Positions 10,438 to 18,373 of a stretch of 64,000 nucleotides of DNA are shown here, in pieces. The position numbers and the translations under genes are program-made. The notes below the pieces were generated by a model. That model worked only from the letters and a program-made list of their open reading frames with translations. It made no database searches and was not told where the DNA came from. Numbering within the stretch: position 1 is the first letter of the stretch; each line of letters begins with the position of its first letter. The DNA comes from an uncultured Chloroflexia bacterium (GTDB lineage: Bacteria; Chloroflexota; Anaerolineae; Anaerolineales; UBA4823): NCBI GenBank assembly GCA_963829555.1, contig CAWHJB010000003.1:53957-117956 (forward strand), read 5' to 3'.

Positions 10438-10585
10438 TTTGCTCTTTTTCCTAAAGATATTTAGCGAGAGAACCACGTAGATGCGTTCGGGATAATTCAA
10501 ATATTTCTTAAATTCAGAGTTGCTTATCCCGTATATTCTCTCTATACTAAGGTAACGTCGCTAAGAGATACATTTACTTACTAGA

Positions 10586-10614
10586 ATTATACAAAAACAA
10601 TGCGAATATGTCAA
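10586..10614 (-). promoter_or_regulatory. Consensus sigma-70 type promoter for the SDR-to-photolyase operon
   Basis: The minus strand reads TTGACA (10614-10609), a 17-nt spacer, then TATAAT (10591-10586). The predicted leader is about 260 nt. Confidence 0.6.
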
Positions 10615-10642
10615 GTTATTGTACAAGTAATGTTCATATTGC

Positions 10643-10671
10643 TTGACAGGTATTAAAACGTATGATAAACT
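10643..10671 (+). promoter_or_regulatory. Candidate promoter of the CarH/LitR-like regulator gene
   Basis: TTGACA (10643-10648), a 17-nt spacer, then TAAACT (10666-10671). Its -35 hexamer lies 28 bp from the -35 of the divergent promoter. Confidence 0.4.
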
Positions 10672-10700
10672 CTTGTAGCATAAAAATAGACGAGTGAAGA

Positions 10701-11672
10701 GTGAACATGAAAACATTACCTGATGTGCAAACTGGAAACGAAGAACCCCTGTACAATATTGGCGTTGTCGCTCGGATGACAGGCGTGTCCATGCCAACTT
10801 TACGGGCCTGGGAAAGGCGGTACGATTTCCCGAATTCGGAGCGAACTGCCGGCGGGCATCGTTTGTATTCAGAAAAGGATGTCTTGCGCCTGCGTTGGGT
10901 GAAAGCCCGGATTGATGAAGGTTTACAGACCTCCCAGGCGATTCAAGCTCTCCATCATCAGGAAGAGGTTGGACGCATGGCGCCAGTGGAACAACCTTAT
11001 AGCTGGCAGGATGGACGCCAATCGGAAGGGGGCACGCATCTGGGGTCGTACCAGCAGCGCCTGATGGAAACGCTGCTGCGCCGCGATGTCGACAGCGCCG
11101 ACCGTCTTCTGGGTGAAGCTTTACCATTATCCTCGCCTGAAGATTTAATTTTGGACGTTATCGGGCCAACTTTTACTCAAATCGGTGAGGCTTGGGAGAA
11201 TGGCCATATCAGTATCGCCACAGAGCATCTTTCGACCAATTACCTGCGCCAAAGATTGTTGATGTGGATGATGAGCGGTCCACCTCCACGAAATACCAAG
11301 CCGATTGTTTTGGCATGTGGTCCGAATGAATGGCATGAAGGCGGCTTGCTGGCTTTGGGTGCTTTGCTGCGACGCAGTCGTTGGCCGGTGGCTTACCTGG
11401 GTCAGTCCCTGCCACTGCAGGATCTGGCGTCATTTGTCCGGGATCTGAGACCCAACCTGGCAATTTTGGTGGCAATGACCGAAGTTTCCGCCAGTGAGCT
11501 GGTGGATTGGCCTCAATATTTACCCGAGGTGGCCCAGACGGGCAAGCCCGTTATCGGGTATGGGGGGCGGGTATTCAGCCTGCAGCCTGAATGGCGTTTG
11601 AGAATGCAGGGTGTATATTTAGGCGATACCCTGCGGGATGGTATGCAAACCATCGAGCGTTTGCTGACTTAA
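10701..11672 (+). CDS. MerR-family transcriptional regulator with cobalamin-binding domain (CarH/LitR-type photoreceptor candidate)
   Basis: HTH YNIGVVARMTGVSMPTLRAWERRY. W-x9-E-H (WENGHISIATEH) and E-x-H-x-x-G (EWHEGG) signatures. The track start is GTG 10701; an alternative start is ATG 10707. Confidence 0.85.
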   Translation: MNMKTLPDVQTGNEEPLYNIGVVARMTGVSMPTLRAWERRYDFPNSERTAGGHRLYSEKDVLRLRWVKARIDEGLQTSQAIQALHHQEEVGRMAPVEQPYSWQDGRQSEGGTHLGSYQQRLMETLLRRDVDSADRLLGEALPLSSPEDLILDVIGPTFTQIGEAWENGHISIATEHLSTNYLRQRLLMWMMSGPPPRNTKPIVLACGPNEWHEGGLLALGALLRRSRWPVAYLGQSLPLQDLASFVRDLRPNLAILVAMTEVSASELVDWPQYLPEVAQTGKPVIGYGGRVFSLQPEWRLRMQGVYLGDTLRDGMQTIERLLT

Positions 11673-11684
11673 TACATCAAACTG

Positions 11685-11707
11685 CTTTACAAGCTTACCT
11701 TGTAAAG
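11685..11707 (+). terminator. Possible terminator hairpin after the regulator gene
   Basis: ctttacaag cttac cttgtaaag (9-bp stem) followed by tcctttg. Confidence 0.4.
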
Positions 11708-11714
11708 TCCTTTG

Positions 11715-11846
11715 TAACAACTCAGCCACTGCTTGGAATATATGGCGGTACAGCTGTGCGTGAGGCATATGCCTCACGCACAGCTGTACCGCTATTATTT
11801 CGTTCTAATGTCGGAGTAGTTTGACGATGTCACATTAAAAAAAGGA
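11715..11846 (+). repeat. Composite nested-inverted-repeat element, copy B, containing a perfect 48-nt palindrome at 11745-11792
   Basis: gcggtacagctgtgcgtgaggcat|atgcctcacgcacagctgtaccgc (centre CATATG). Flanks taacaactcagccactgcttggaatatatggcg and ggagtagtttgacgatgtcacattaaaa match copy A. Confidence 0.75.
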
Positions 11847-11888
11847 CACCTAAATTTCGCTGAGTATTCAGTTCTTCAGGTTCAATAC

Positions 11889-12770
11889 TCAACCCTGGAT
11901 ATGTTCCTGAGAGGCCAGTGAAAACACACTGATCTCAGGCCGGCAGTTAATTCGAACACGAAAACTTGTGGTGCCCAGCCCGCGATTGGTGTATTGAAGC
12001 ATTTCACCTACCCGGTAAAGCCCGCGTGGATATTTGCGTCCAAATGGGGGCAGGAAAGGCGAGCCCACCCACGGCAAAACAACCTGTCCCCCGTGGGAGT
12101 GACCTGAAATCTGCAATCCAAATCGTCCGGTTGCAGCGCTGATATCGGCATAGTCGGGTTCGTGAGCCAACAGGATGGCAGCCCCACGATCGTTTATTTG
12201 ATCGAGCACCTGGTCGAGACGATCGTGGCGATCGTAGGAAGAATCTATCCCGCCGATATGGAACTTTACCTGATCCCGTTGGATTGCGTAAGCCTGGTTG
12301 CGCAGCTCGCGCACGCCTGCCGATTGAAGGGCCATCCGAATCACATCAGGATTGCTCCAGTGATCATGGTTGCCCAGCACTGCCAGGACGCCATCCGGCG
12401 CGGAGAGCGTCCGCAATGCCTCGGCTAAATAGCCTGCATAGTAAGCAGCCTGGTGGCTGATAAAATCTCCTGTAATCGCGATCAGATCTGGTTTCAATCG
12501 GTTAACCATCTCGAACAGTTTGATCAGGCGACCCTGGTTCATCCAGGAGTTCATATGAATATCACTGATCTGGACGATCCGGTAGCCATGAAAAGCAGAG
12601 TGTAAATGCGGCAGTTCAACGGTCAATTTAGAGATCTCGACCCATTCGGGTTCGATCCGGGTGGCGTATTGAAGCCCGCCCAGGCCGATCAAGCCACTGC
12701 TGATCGCCAGCAGCCCACTGATTTTCATAAAATCACGACGATTGATACGTTCCAGGTTCATTTTCTCCAT
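11889..12770 (-). CDS. Metallophosphoesterase with Tat-type signal
   Basis: NRRDFMKISGLLAISSG twin-arginine signal. Motifs DIHMN, GDFI, GNHD, GHSHGG. Confidence 0.8.
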   Translation of the reverse strand: MEKMNLERINRRDFMKISGLLAISSGLIGLGGLQYATRIEPEWVEISKLTVELPHLHSAFHGYRIVQISDIHMNSWMNQGRLIKLFEMVNRLKPDLIAITGDFISHQAAYYAGYLAEALRTLSAPDGVLAVLGNHDHWSNPDVIRMALQSAGVRELRNQAYAIQRDQVKFHIGGIDSSYDRHDRLDQVLDQINDRGAAILLAHEPDYADISAATGRFGLQISGHSHGGQVVLPWVGSPFLPPFGRKYPRGLYRVGEMLQYTNRGLGTTSFRVRINCRPEISVFSLASQEHIQG

Positions 12771-12986
12771 TTATGGTTGCGATATTGCAGACGCTGGTCT
12801 GGCAGGAGGCCTGCCAGTTTTTCGAGCCGGGTGGTCTGCTTACGGTCGCTGACGGTTGTTTTGAAAGCTTGCTGGTCTCACCCCCATTGCCCAGAGCAGC
12901 CTGCCCGAAGAGTCGGGCTGCGTCATTATACAATACAAACGAACTGATTTCCTTTACCGGCGGGGACAAATCGCCCCGATGCGATT

Positions 12987-13021
12987 GTCCAAAAATAAAA
13001 CACCTCACTGGTGTGAGGTGT
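12987..13021 (-). terminator. Rho-independent terminator after tRNA-His
   Basis: On the minus strand: acacctcac acca gtgaggtgt followed by TTTTATTTTT. Confidence 0.7.
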
Positions 13022-13071
13022 CCGGACCTGGATTATTCGGTTATTTATCCGGCCATCTATTGATTTATCAG

Positions 13072-13144
13072 GGTGCCAGATGGGTCTCGAACCCACAACC
13101 CCCGCATCCACAGTGCGGTGCTCTGCCATTGAGCTACTGGCACC
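13072..13144 (-). tRNA. tRNA-His (anticodon GTG) with encoded G-1; CCA not encoded
   Basis: Hand-folded cloverleaf: G-1, acceptor GTGCCAG/CTGGCAC, D arm GCTC/GAGC, anticodon arm CCGCA CTGTGGA TGCGG, T arm GTGGG TTCGAGA CCCAT, discriminator C. Confidence 0.9.
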
Positions 13145-13197
13145 ATATCGGCTTGAATTCTATCATGAAGGTCAACAGGTTTCAAGAGATAAACCTG

Positions 13198-13248
13198 GGG
13201 GTCTTTGGGAACTTGTGGGGCACTGCCCCACAAGTTCCCAAAGACCCC
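13198..13248. repeat. 51-nt hairpin (24-bp perfect stem, 3-nt loop) between hisS and tRNA-His
   Basis: ggggtctttgggaacttgtggggc act gccccacaagttcccaaagacccc. Confidence 0.85.
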
Positions 13249-13293
13249 ATTAATTGATGTTATCCACAACCCATCGACCTCACTCAATCCGGT

Positions 13294-14565
13294 CTATTCT
13301 AACATACGCGCGATCGTATCAGCGGCTTCCTCAATGGGCACAGTGATTTGCTTCCCTGATTTCAAGTTCTTGACAGCCACCTCGCCGCGGGCCTGTTCGT
13401 CAGGTCCCAGGACCAGGGCCACTTGAATACCCATCCGGTCGGCGTATTTGAATTGTTTACCAAGCTTGTTTTCTTCGGGGTAGCAAGCTACCTTCAATCC
13501 TGACTGGCGTAATTGGTTTGCCAGCTGGAATGAGCCGATCAGCGAGCTTTCGTCAAAAGCGGTTACCAGAACCTGGGCAGTTGATAGCCCCGCATTCTCC
13601 GGTAAACAGCCGAATTTCTCCAATACCAGGCCGACGACAACATCTCCCATTGCAAAACCTACGCCAGGCAGCGGATCACCGCCTACATCACCAACCAGAT
13701 TGTCGTAGCGCCCACCCCCTAAGATCGCCCGGAACTCCCCATCTTGATCCCAGGCCTCAAATACGGTCCCGGTGTAATATTCCAGGCCGCGAATGATATA
13801 GGGGGCAAAACGTACGTATTCATTCACACCTAGCGCCTCGATGGCGCTGAAGAAGCGAACCAGTTCGGGGGATTTACGCCACAGGTCATTATCGGCTAAA
13901 TTGGCTTTGAGGCCACTAAACTGCCCCTCGGAAAGACCGATCTCACGGGCATAGCCGGCCCATTCGGCTGGAGACATCTTATCCCGGCGGTCAATCAGGC
14001 GCAAAACATCCGGTCGCTGGCCTTTTGGGATCTGGAGTTTTTCGAACTCACTATCCATCAGGCGCCGGTTGTTGACCAGGATGCTGATCTGATCCGGCTG
14101 TAAACCCACCTCCCGGAAAAAGGAAGCGGCAACGGCAACCATCTCAGCGTCCGCCTCTGGTTGGGCGACCCCGATAAGATCGATATTCCACTGGAAGAAT
14201 TCACGGGTGCGCCCTTTTTGCGGCCGTTCATAGCGCCAGAAAGGCCCCCACGACCACCAGCGTTGTGGATAGACCATCTGGCGCTGGCGTTGAGCAATCA
14301 TCCGGGCCAGGCTGGGGGTAAGCTCAGGCCTTAATGTGATCAGGTCGCCACCGCGATCCGGAAAGACAAAGGACTGCTCTTTGACCAGTTCCTCGCCTGA
14401 TTTGGCTGCATATAATTCGATTGATTCGAGAAAGGGCGCGTCGTATTCCTGGTAACCAAACGCTTCGGATACTTTCCGGACCGTTTGGTAGAGCCAGGAA
14501 CGGATGGCCATCTCTTCCGGGTAGAAGTCGCGGGTCCCCTTGAGGGATTGTATGGTTGATTTCAT
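13294..14565 (-). CDS. hisS: Histidine--tRNA ligase
   Basis: 423 aa. Class II motifs: LRPELT, RYERPQKGRTREFFQWN, GGGRYD. Confidence 0.95.
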   Translation of the reverse strand: MKSTIQSLKGTRDFYPEEMAIRSWLYQTVRKVSEAFGYQEYDAPFLESIELYAAKSGEELVKEQSFVFPDRGGDLITLRPELTPSLARMIAQRQRQMVYPQRWWSWGPFWRYERPQKGRTREFFQWNIDLIGVAQPEADAEMVAVAASFFREVGLQPDQISILVNNRRLMDSEFEKLQIPKGQRPDVLRLIDRRDKMSPAEWAGYAREIGLSEGQFSGLKANLADNDLWRKSPELVRFFSAIEALGVNEYVRFAPYIIRGLEYYTGTVFEAWDQDGEFRAILGGGRYDNLVGDVGGDPLPGVGFAMGDVVVGLVLEKFGCLPENAGLSTAQVLVTAFDESSLIGSFQLANQLRQSGLKVACYPEENKLGKQFKYADRMGIQVALVLGPDEQARGEVAVKNLKSGKQITVPIEEAADTIARMLE

Positions 14566-14719
14566 GGTTCAAATGCCAATCTTCGAGGATTCAAATCTGT
14601 TTCACCGGCCAGTAGAAAACCCAGGGATGTCGCCACACTGGTCCCCACAGGTTTATACGCCAAGGCCCCATTGTAGCATAAATTGGAGTCAGGGGGATGC
14701 ATTCGAGAAGCGTAGACGC

Positions 14720-14761
14720 GGTGTTCTGTTTCGGCGGCATTAGCCGCCGAAACAGAACACC
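14720..14761. repeat. Palindromic repeat family copy (19-bp stem, loop ATTA)
   Basis: ggtgttctgtttcggcggc atta gccgccgaaacagaacacc. The 5' flank gatgcattcgagaagcgtagacgc resembles the flank of the copy at 45000. Confidence 0.85.
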
Positions 14762-14804
14762 ATATTGTTCTTTTTTATAAAGACCCCGTTATTTTCAAGA
14801 AAGC

Positions 14805-15254
14805 CTATTGTTCTTCTTCCTCAGCAATTTTACGCAGGCGGGTCAGGTAGTCCGGAACGATCCGTTGGTAAGTCTCGGCCATAAAAGGGGAGGCGATCAA
14901 GAAATCCGCGGTGGCCCGGTTGGAGGCGGTTGGAATGTTGTAGAGCACCGCCAGGCGCAGCAGTGCCTTGACGTCCGGGTCATGGGGTTGAGGTTCAAGC
15001 GGGTCCCAGAAGAAAATCAGAAAATCAATCTCACCCTCGGCAATCTTCGCGCCAATCTGTTGGTCTCCGCCCAGCGGTCCACTTTTGTAACGCGTCACGG
15101 GCAGCCCGGTCTCTTGAACGATTAATGCCCCTGTTGTTCCGGTAGCATACAGGAAATGGTGGCTGAGCGTCTCGCGATTAAAATGGATCCACTCAAGCAG
15201 GTCTGGTTTGCGAGCGTCATGGGCGATCAACGCAATTTTCTTTTGGGCTTGCAT
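14805..15254 (-). CDS. mgsA: Methylglyoxal synthase
   Basis: 149 aa. [10 protein letters not shown]...ATGTTG...[10 protein letters not shown]...FFWDPL...[11 protein letters not shown]. Confidence 0.9.
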   Translation of the reverse strand: MQAQKKIALIAHDARKPDLLEWIHFNRETLSHHFLYATGTTGALIVQETGLPVTRYKSGPLGGDQQIGAKIAEGEIDFLIFFWDPLEPQPHDPDVKALLRLAVLYNIPTASNRATADFLIASPFMAETYQRIVPDYLTRLRKIAEEEEQ

Positions 15255-15318
15255 GTTACTCTTTGAACCTCATTTCTTAGGTAGGAGAGCGCGTTGCCTG
15301 AATTGGACGCAGACGATC

Positions 15319-16503
15319 TCAGCGGTAGATCAGTTCGGTTTGTGGTTCGCTCAGAAAAACGGTCCCGGTTTCCGTGACGAGAACGTCTTCCTCCAACCCA
15401 ACGTAGCCATATCCCGGGACTTCAATGCCAGGCTCAACAGTATAGACCTGACCGGCTTCAAGGGGATAATTGGGGGTATCGCCATACCGTTCCCAGGTTG
15501 GGCCGAGCAGACCGGCGCCATCGTGAGCCAGCCGTCCGAGGTGATGGCCGGTGGCGTATTTGTACTCCGGATAACCGGCGTCGGTGACCGTTTTGCGGGC
15601 GACTGCATCAACCTCTTTACCCAGCATGCCGGGCACCATCGCTTTGACGGCGGCCTGGACGGCCGCAACAACGGTATCGAATGCCCGCCGAACCTCATCG
15701 GGGGCCTGGGTTTCTTCCGGTTTGAGATAGTAGGCTACCCGCTGGATATCTGAACAGTATTCGTCCTGACGAACGCCAAAGTCAATATGGAGAAGCTGGC
15801 CGCGTTCCAGTCGTATGTCCCCGGGTCCCACATGTCCGACCGGGGATTCGGGCCCGGCATTGACTGACGGGCAATTGTTTAGATCCCAGGCAGGGCCAAC
15901 CCCAACTTCAGACATCTGCTGCTGCATGAATTGGCCGATATCCTTTTCGGTCATTCCAGGCTTGGTAAATTCAAAGGTCCGCTCAAATATCTTTTGGGTC
16001 GTGTCAATTGCTCCCTGAATGCGGGCCAGTTCCCCCTCCGTTTTTCGACCTCGCAGTGCGCTAAGAACTTCTTCGGCTGAAACCAATCTTTGTTCCCAGG
16101 GTGTGTCGTCAAAGTATTTCACCAGGAGCTGGTACATTCCATAGCTCAGTCCATCTGCGTGAACATCATTAAGTGAGTAATTGACTGCAATCTTACCCGG
16201 ATAAATCCGCTCCAGGGTATGGAGCAGACTCCGGCGGATGGACTGATGATAAGGGATGACGGTTGTGTAGGCACCGGTACGTCTGGCAGTCTCTGCCTCA
16301 AAGCCCCCCACAATTGCGTAGGTGTCTCCTTTTTGAGTCAGGATTAATGCACTCTGCCAGGTCAGGTCGTGACCATAGATGATTGGCAGAACTGGGTCAC
16401 CACCTGCGGAAGTTTCCCGCACGAATGTCAGCCAGGCGTCAATGTTCTTTTCCCTTAGGATTTCGATCGCTTGTTTAACTTTTTCCTGAACGATTGTGGA
16501 CAT
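15319..16503 (-). CDS. M24-family Xaa-Pro aminopeptidase
   Basis: Creatinase-like N-domain plus pita-bread fold (HIDFG, GHHLGRLAHDG, VEPG). Start taken at ATG 16503, after GGAG. Confidence 0.8.
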   Translation of the reverse strand: MSTIVQEKVKQAIEILREKNIDAWLTFVRETSAGGDPVLPIIYGHDLTWQSALILTQKGDTYAIVGGFEAETARRTGAYTTVIPYHQSIRRSLLHTLERIYPGKIAVNYSLNDVHADGLSYGMYQLLVKYFDDTPWEQRLVSAEEVLSALRGRKTEGELARIQGAIDTTQKIFERTFEFTKPGMTEKDIGQFMQQQMSEVGVGPAWDLNNCPSVNAGPESPVGHVGPGDIRLERGQLLHIDFGVRQDEYCSDIQRVAYYLKPEETQAPDEVRRAFDTVVAAVQAAVKAMVPGMLGKEVDAVARKTVTDAGYPEYKYATGHHLGRLAHDGAGLLGPTWERYGDTPNYPLEAGQVYTVEPGIEVPGYGYVGLEEDVLVTETGTVFLSEPQTELIYR

Positions 16504-16699
16504 TACCAAACTCCTTTCATTGTCCCGTTCTCACCTGGATATCTTCCAATTGGCATTACAAATCTACCATTAATCGATTTAATGGTAGTTCGTTCAATCT
16601 CTGCCTCATTGGGAATTCCTATGGTGGTATCCCAGAGAACCCAATCTCTTTCGCAAAAATGAAAGATTTGGGTCTTCGACTTGTGCGGCCGCAAATACT

Positions 16700-18373
16700 T
16701 CAAACAAGCTCGACCAGACGGGTGAGTGACCCAGCCCGCTCGCTAAGCACTTGCAGTTTTAGAGTACTCCCATGAGGCGCCTGGACGACCCACTCGTAGC
16801 GAGCCCGGTTATCCGTGCCGGCTGAGCCCCATAAATCGAATTGATCGAGCTTGTTGCTCCTCCCTTCCAGATGGCTTAATTCTACCCGGTTTTTACCTGT
16901 CACCAGCGTTCCGCCCTCTGGTATTTCAAGTTCGATTCGGACTGGACGGGCAGCTTTGCGTTTTTTGGCCTGCTGGCTGGTGTAACTGGGTAAAAACCCA
17001 CTGTTTTCTACTGCGACCACGATTCGAAAGCGATCTTTCCCCAGGGAACTCACATCCAGTGTTTTTAGGTTCAAGTGCGGCAGCAGATCACCAACAGTCA
17101 GCGCGAAGGGAACGTTACGGCTTGCCTCGGCTGCCAGAAAAGCCTCGGGTGGATTGCGCCAGGTATACATTTCGTGCCAGCCGCCCAGTTCCAAAGGGCC
17201 AAGCTGAGGATGGTCAAACGGATACCAATTTACATAACCCTGAGCCCCCACATTCTCATCGGCCCACTTTAGAATTTGCAAATCATCTTTATGGGGATGT
17301 TCACGAAACCATTCGATGAATTTCCTGTCTTTGATACCCGCCTCGGTGGGCAGATCCCACAGTTCAATCGTAAATGCAAACGCGCCGAAATGATCGTACA
17401 TCCAATCATCAAACGCGCCGCTGGTAGTCTCTTTTGGGTGATATTTAAAATCATGGAAAGTTGATACGCAGCGATAGCCGGTTTTATCGGTGCCGATAGC
17501 CCCGATCTTTTTTAATACCCACAGATCTTCTGTCTCCATGTCATCGTCTGGACGGGTGCTGAAAGGACGCAAGATGACCCTCGAGAAGGTGTGATAAGTG
17601 ATTGCCAGGTTAATGTTTGGATGGTCGGCGACAAAATCAGCCAGGGCCCTGATTTCAGGTTCTGAGACCGGATAAGGGCCGGCCCCTGATTGTTCATTCT
17701 CCGGTCGCCACTCAAACGGGAAATTCCGATTGAAATCCAGGCCGGCTGGATCAGGGGCGATTTCAATGACCTCTCCATCAAAATTTTTAATTTTTCCTTC
17801 CGGCAGCAGGCGGTAATATTGGCCTCCGTATTCTGCCGGGGCGCGTTTTTCCATCAGGCGCGGGTCCAGGCTGCTGATCTTCCAATCTCCGTTCGGATCG
17901 GGGATGCGCATTTGCAGGATGCGGCCATCGCCATCGAGGTCCTCTTCGTGCAAGCCGTCCGCCCGCTCATTCCATGGATACGGCCGGGTCCCTGAACGGA
18001 CATAGCGCGGTATATCCGCCAGGGCCATGGCCGCCCCGTCCGGATTGACCCTGGGAACAATATAGTATGTACAGGTGTTCATCAGGCGGGTTGGCTGGTC
18101 TCCCTGGCCATAACCGCTCAATAATGCCTCGGCGACCGCCAGGGCGGTTGTGGTCCCGGTGATTTCGGTTGCATGGATGTTGGCGTCGATCCAAATTGCC
18201 GGCTTGCTGAGATCATTCCCGGTTTCCTGGTTTGTCAGGATCAACAGCCAGATGGGGCGTTTTTCGTAGCTCTGGCCAATCGTTTCTAAACGGACCAGGT
18301 TCGGATATTCCTCAGCCCATGCATGCAGGACTGTTTCCAAAGCTTCGTTGGTGTAATAATGATCAAATTCCAT
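16700..18373 (-). CDS. M14-family zinc carboxypeptidase
   Basis: 557 aa. IWIDANIHATEITG zinc-binding HxxE motif. The start overlaps the upstream stop by 1 nt. Confidence 0.8.
   Translation of the reverse strand: MEFDHYYTNEALETVLHAWAEEYPNLVRLETIGQSYEKRPIWLLILTNQETGNDLSKPAIWIDANIHATEITGTTTALAVAEALLSGYGQGDQPTRLMNTCTYYIVPRVNPDGAAMALADIPRYVRSGTRPYPWNERADGLHEEDLDGDGRILQMRIPDPNGDWKISSLDPRLMEKRAPAEYGGQYYRLLPEGKIKNFDGEVIEIAPDPAGLDFNRNFPFEWRPENEQSGAGPYPVSEPEIRALADFVADHPNINLAITYHTFSRVILRPFSTRPDDDMETEDLWVLKKIGAIGTDKTGYRCVSTFHDFKYHPKETTSGAFDDWMYDHFGAFAFTIELWDLPTEAGIKDRKFIEWFREHPHKDDLQILKWADENVGAQGYVNWYPFDHPQLGPLELGGWHEMYTWRNPPEAFLAAEASRNVPFALTVGDLLPHLNLKTLDVSSLGKDRFRIVVAVENSGFLPSYTSQQAKKRKAARPVRIELEIPEGGTLVTGKNRVELSHLEGRSNKLDQFDLWGSAGTDNRARYEWVVQAPHGSTLKLQVLSERAGSLTRLVELV

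Noticed and set aside
13145-13197. Suggestion that the composite repeat ends derive from tRNA-His. gcttgaattctat at 13151 resembles gcctgaattctat of copy A, and AGTAGCTCAATG resembles gagtagtttgccaatg.
   Set aside because: The matches are short (about 12 nt) and could be chance. They are noted only as something a formal alignment could test.
14566-14804. Possible T-box riboswitch upstream of hisS.
   Set aside because: The predicted leader after the TGCTACAAT -10 element is only about 95 nt, and I could not find the conserved T-box sequence (AANNNGGGTGGNACCGCG). Most of the region is occupied by a palindromic repeat.
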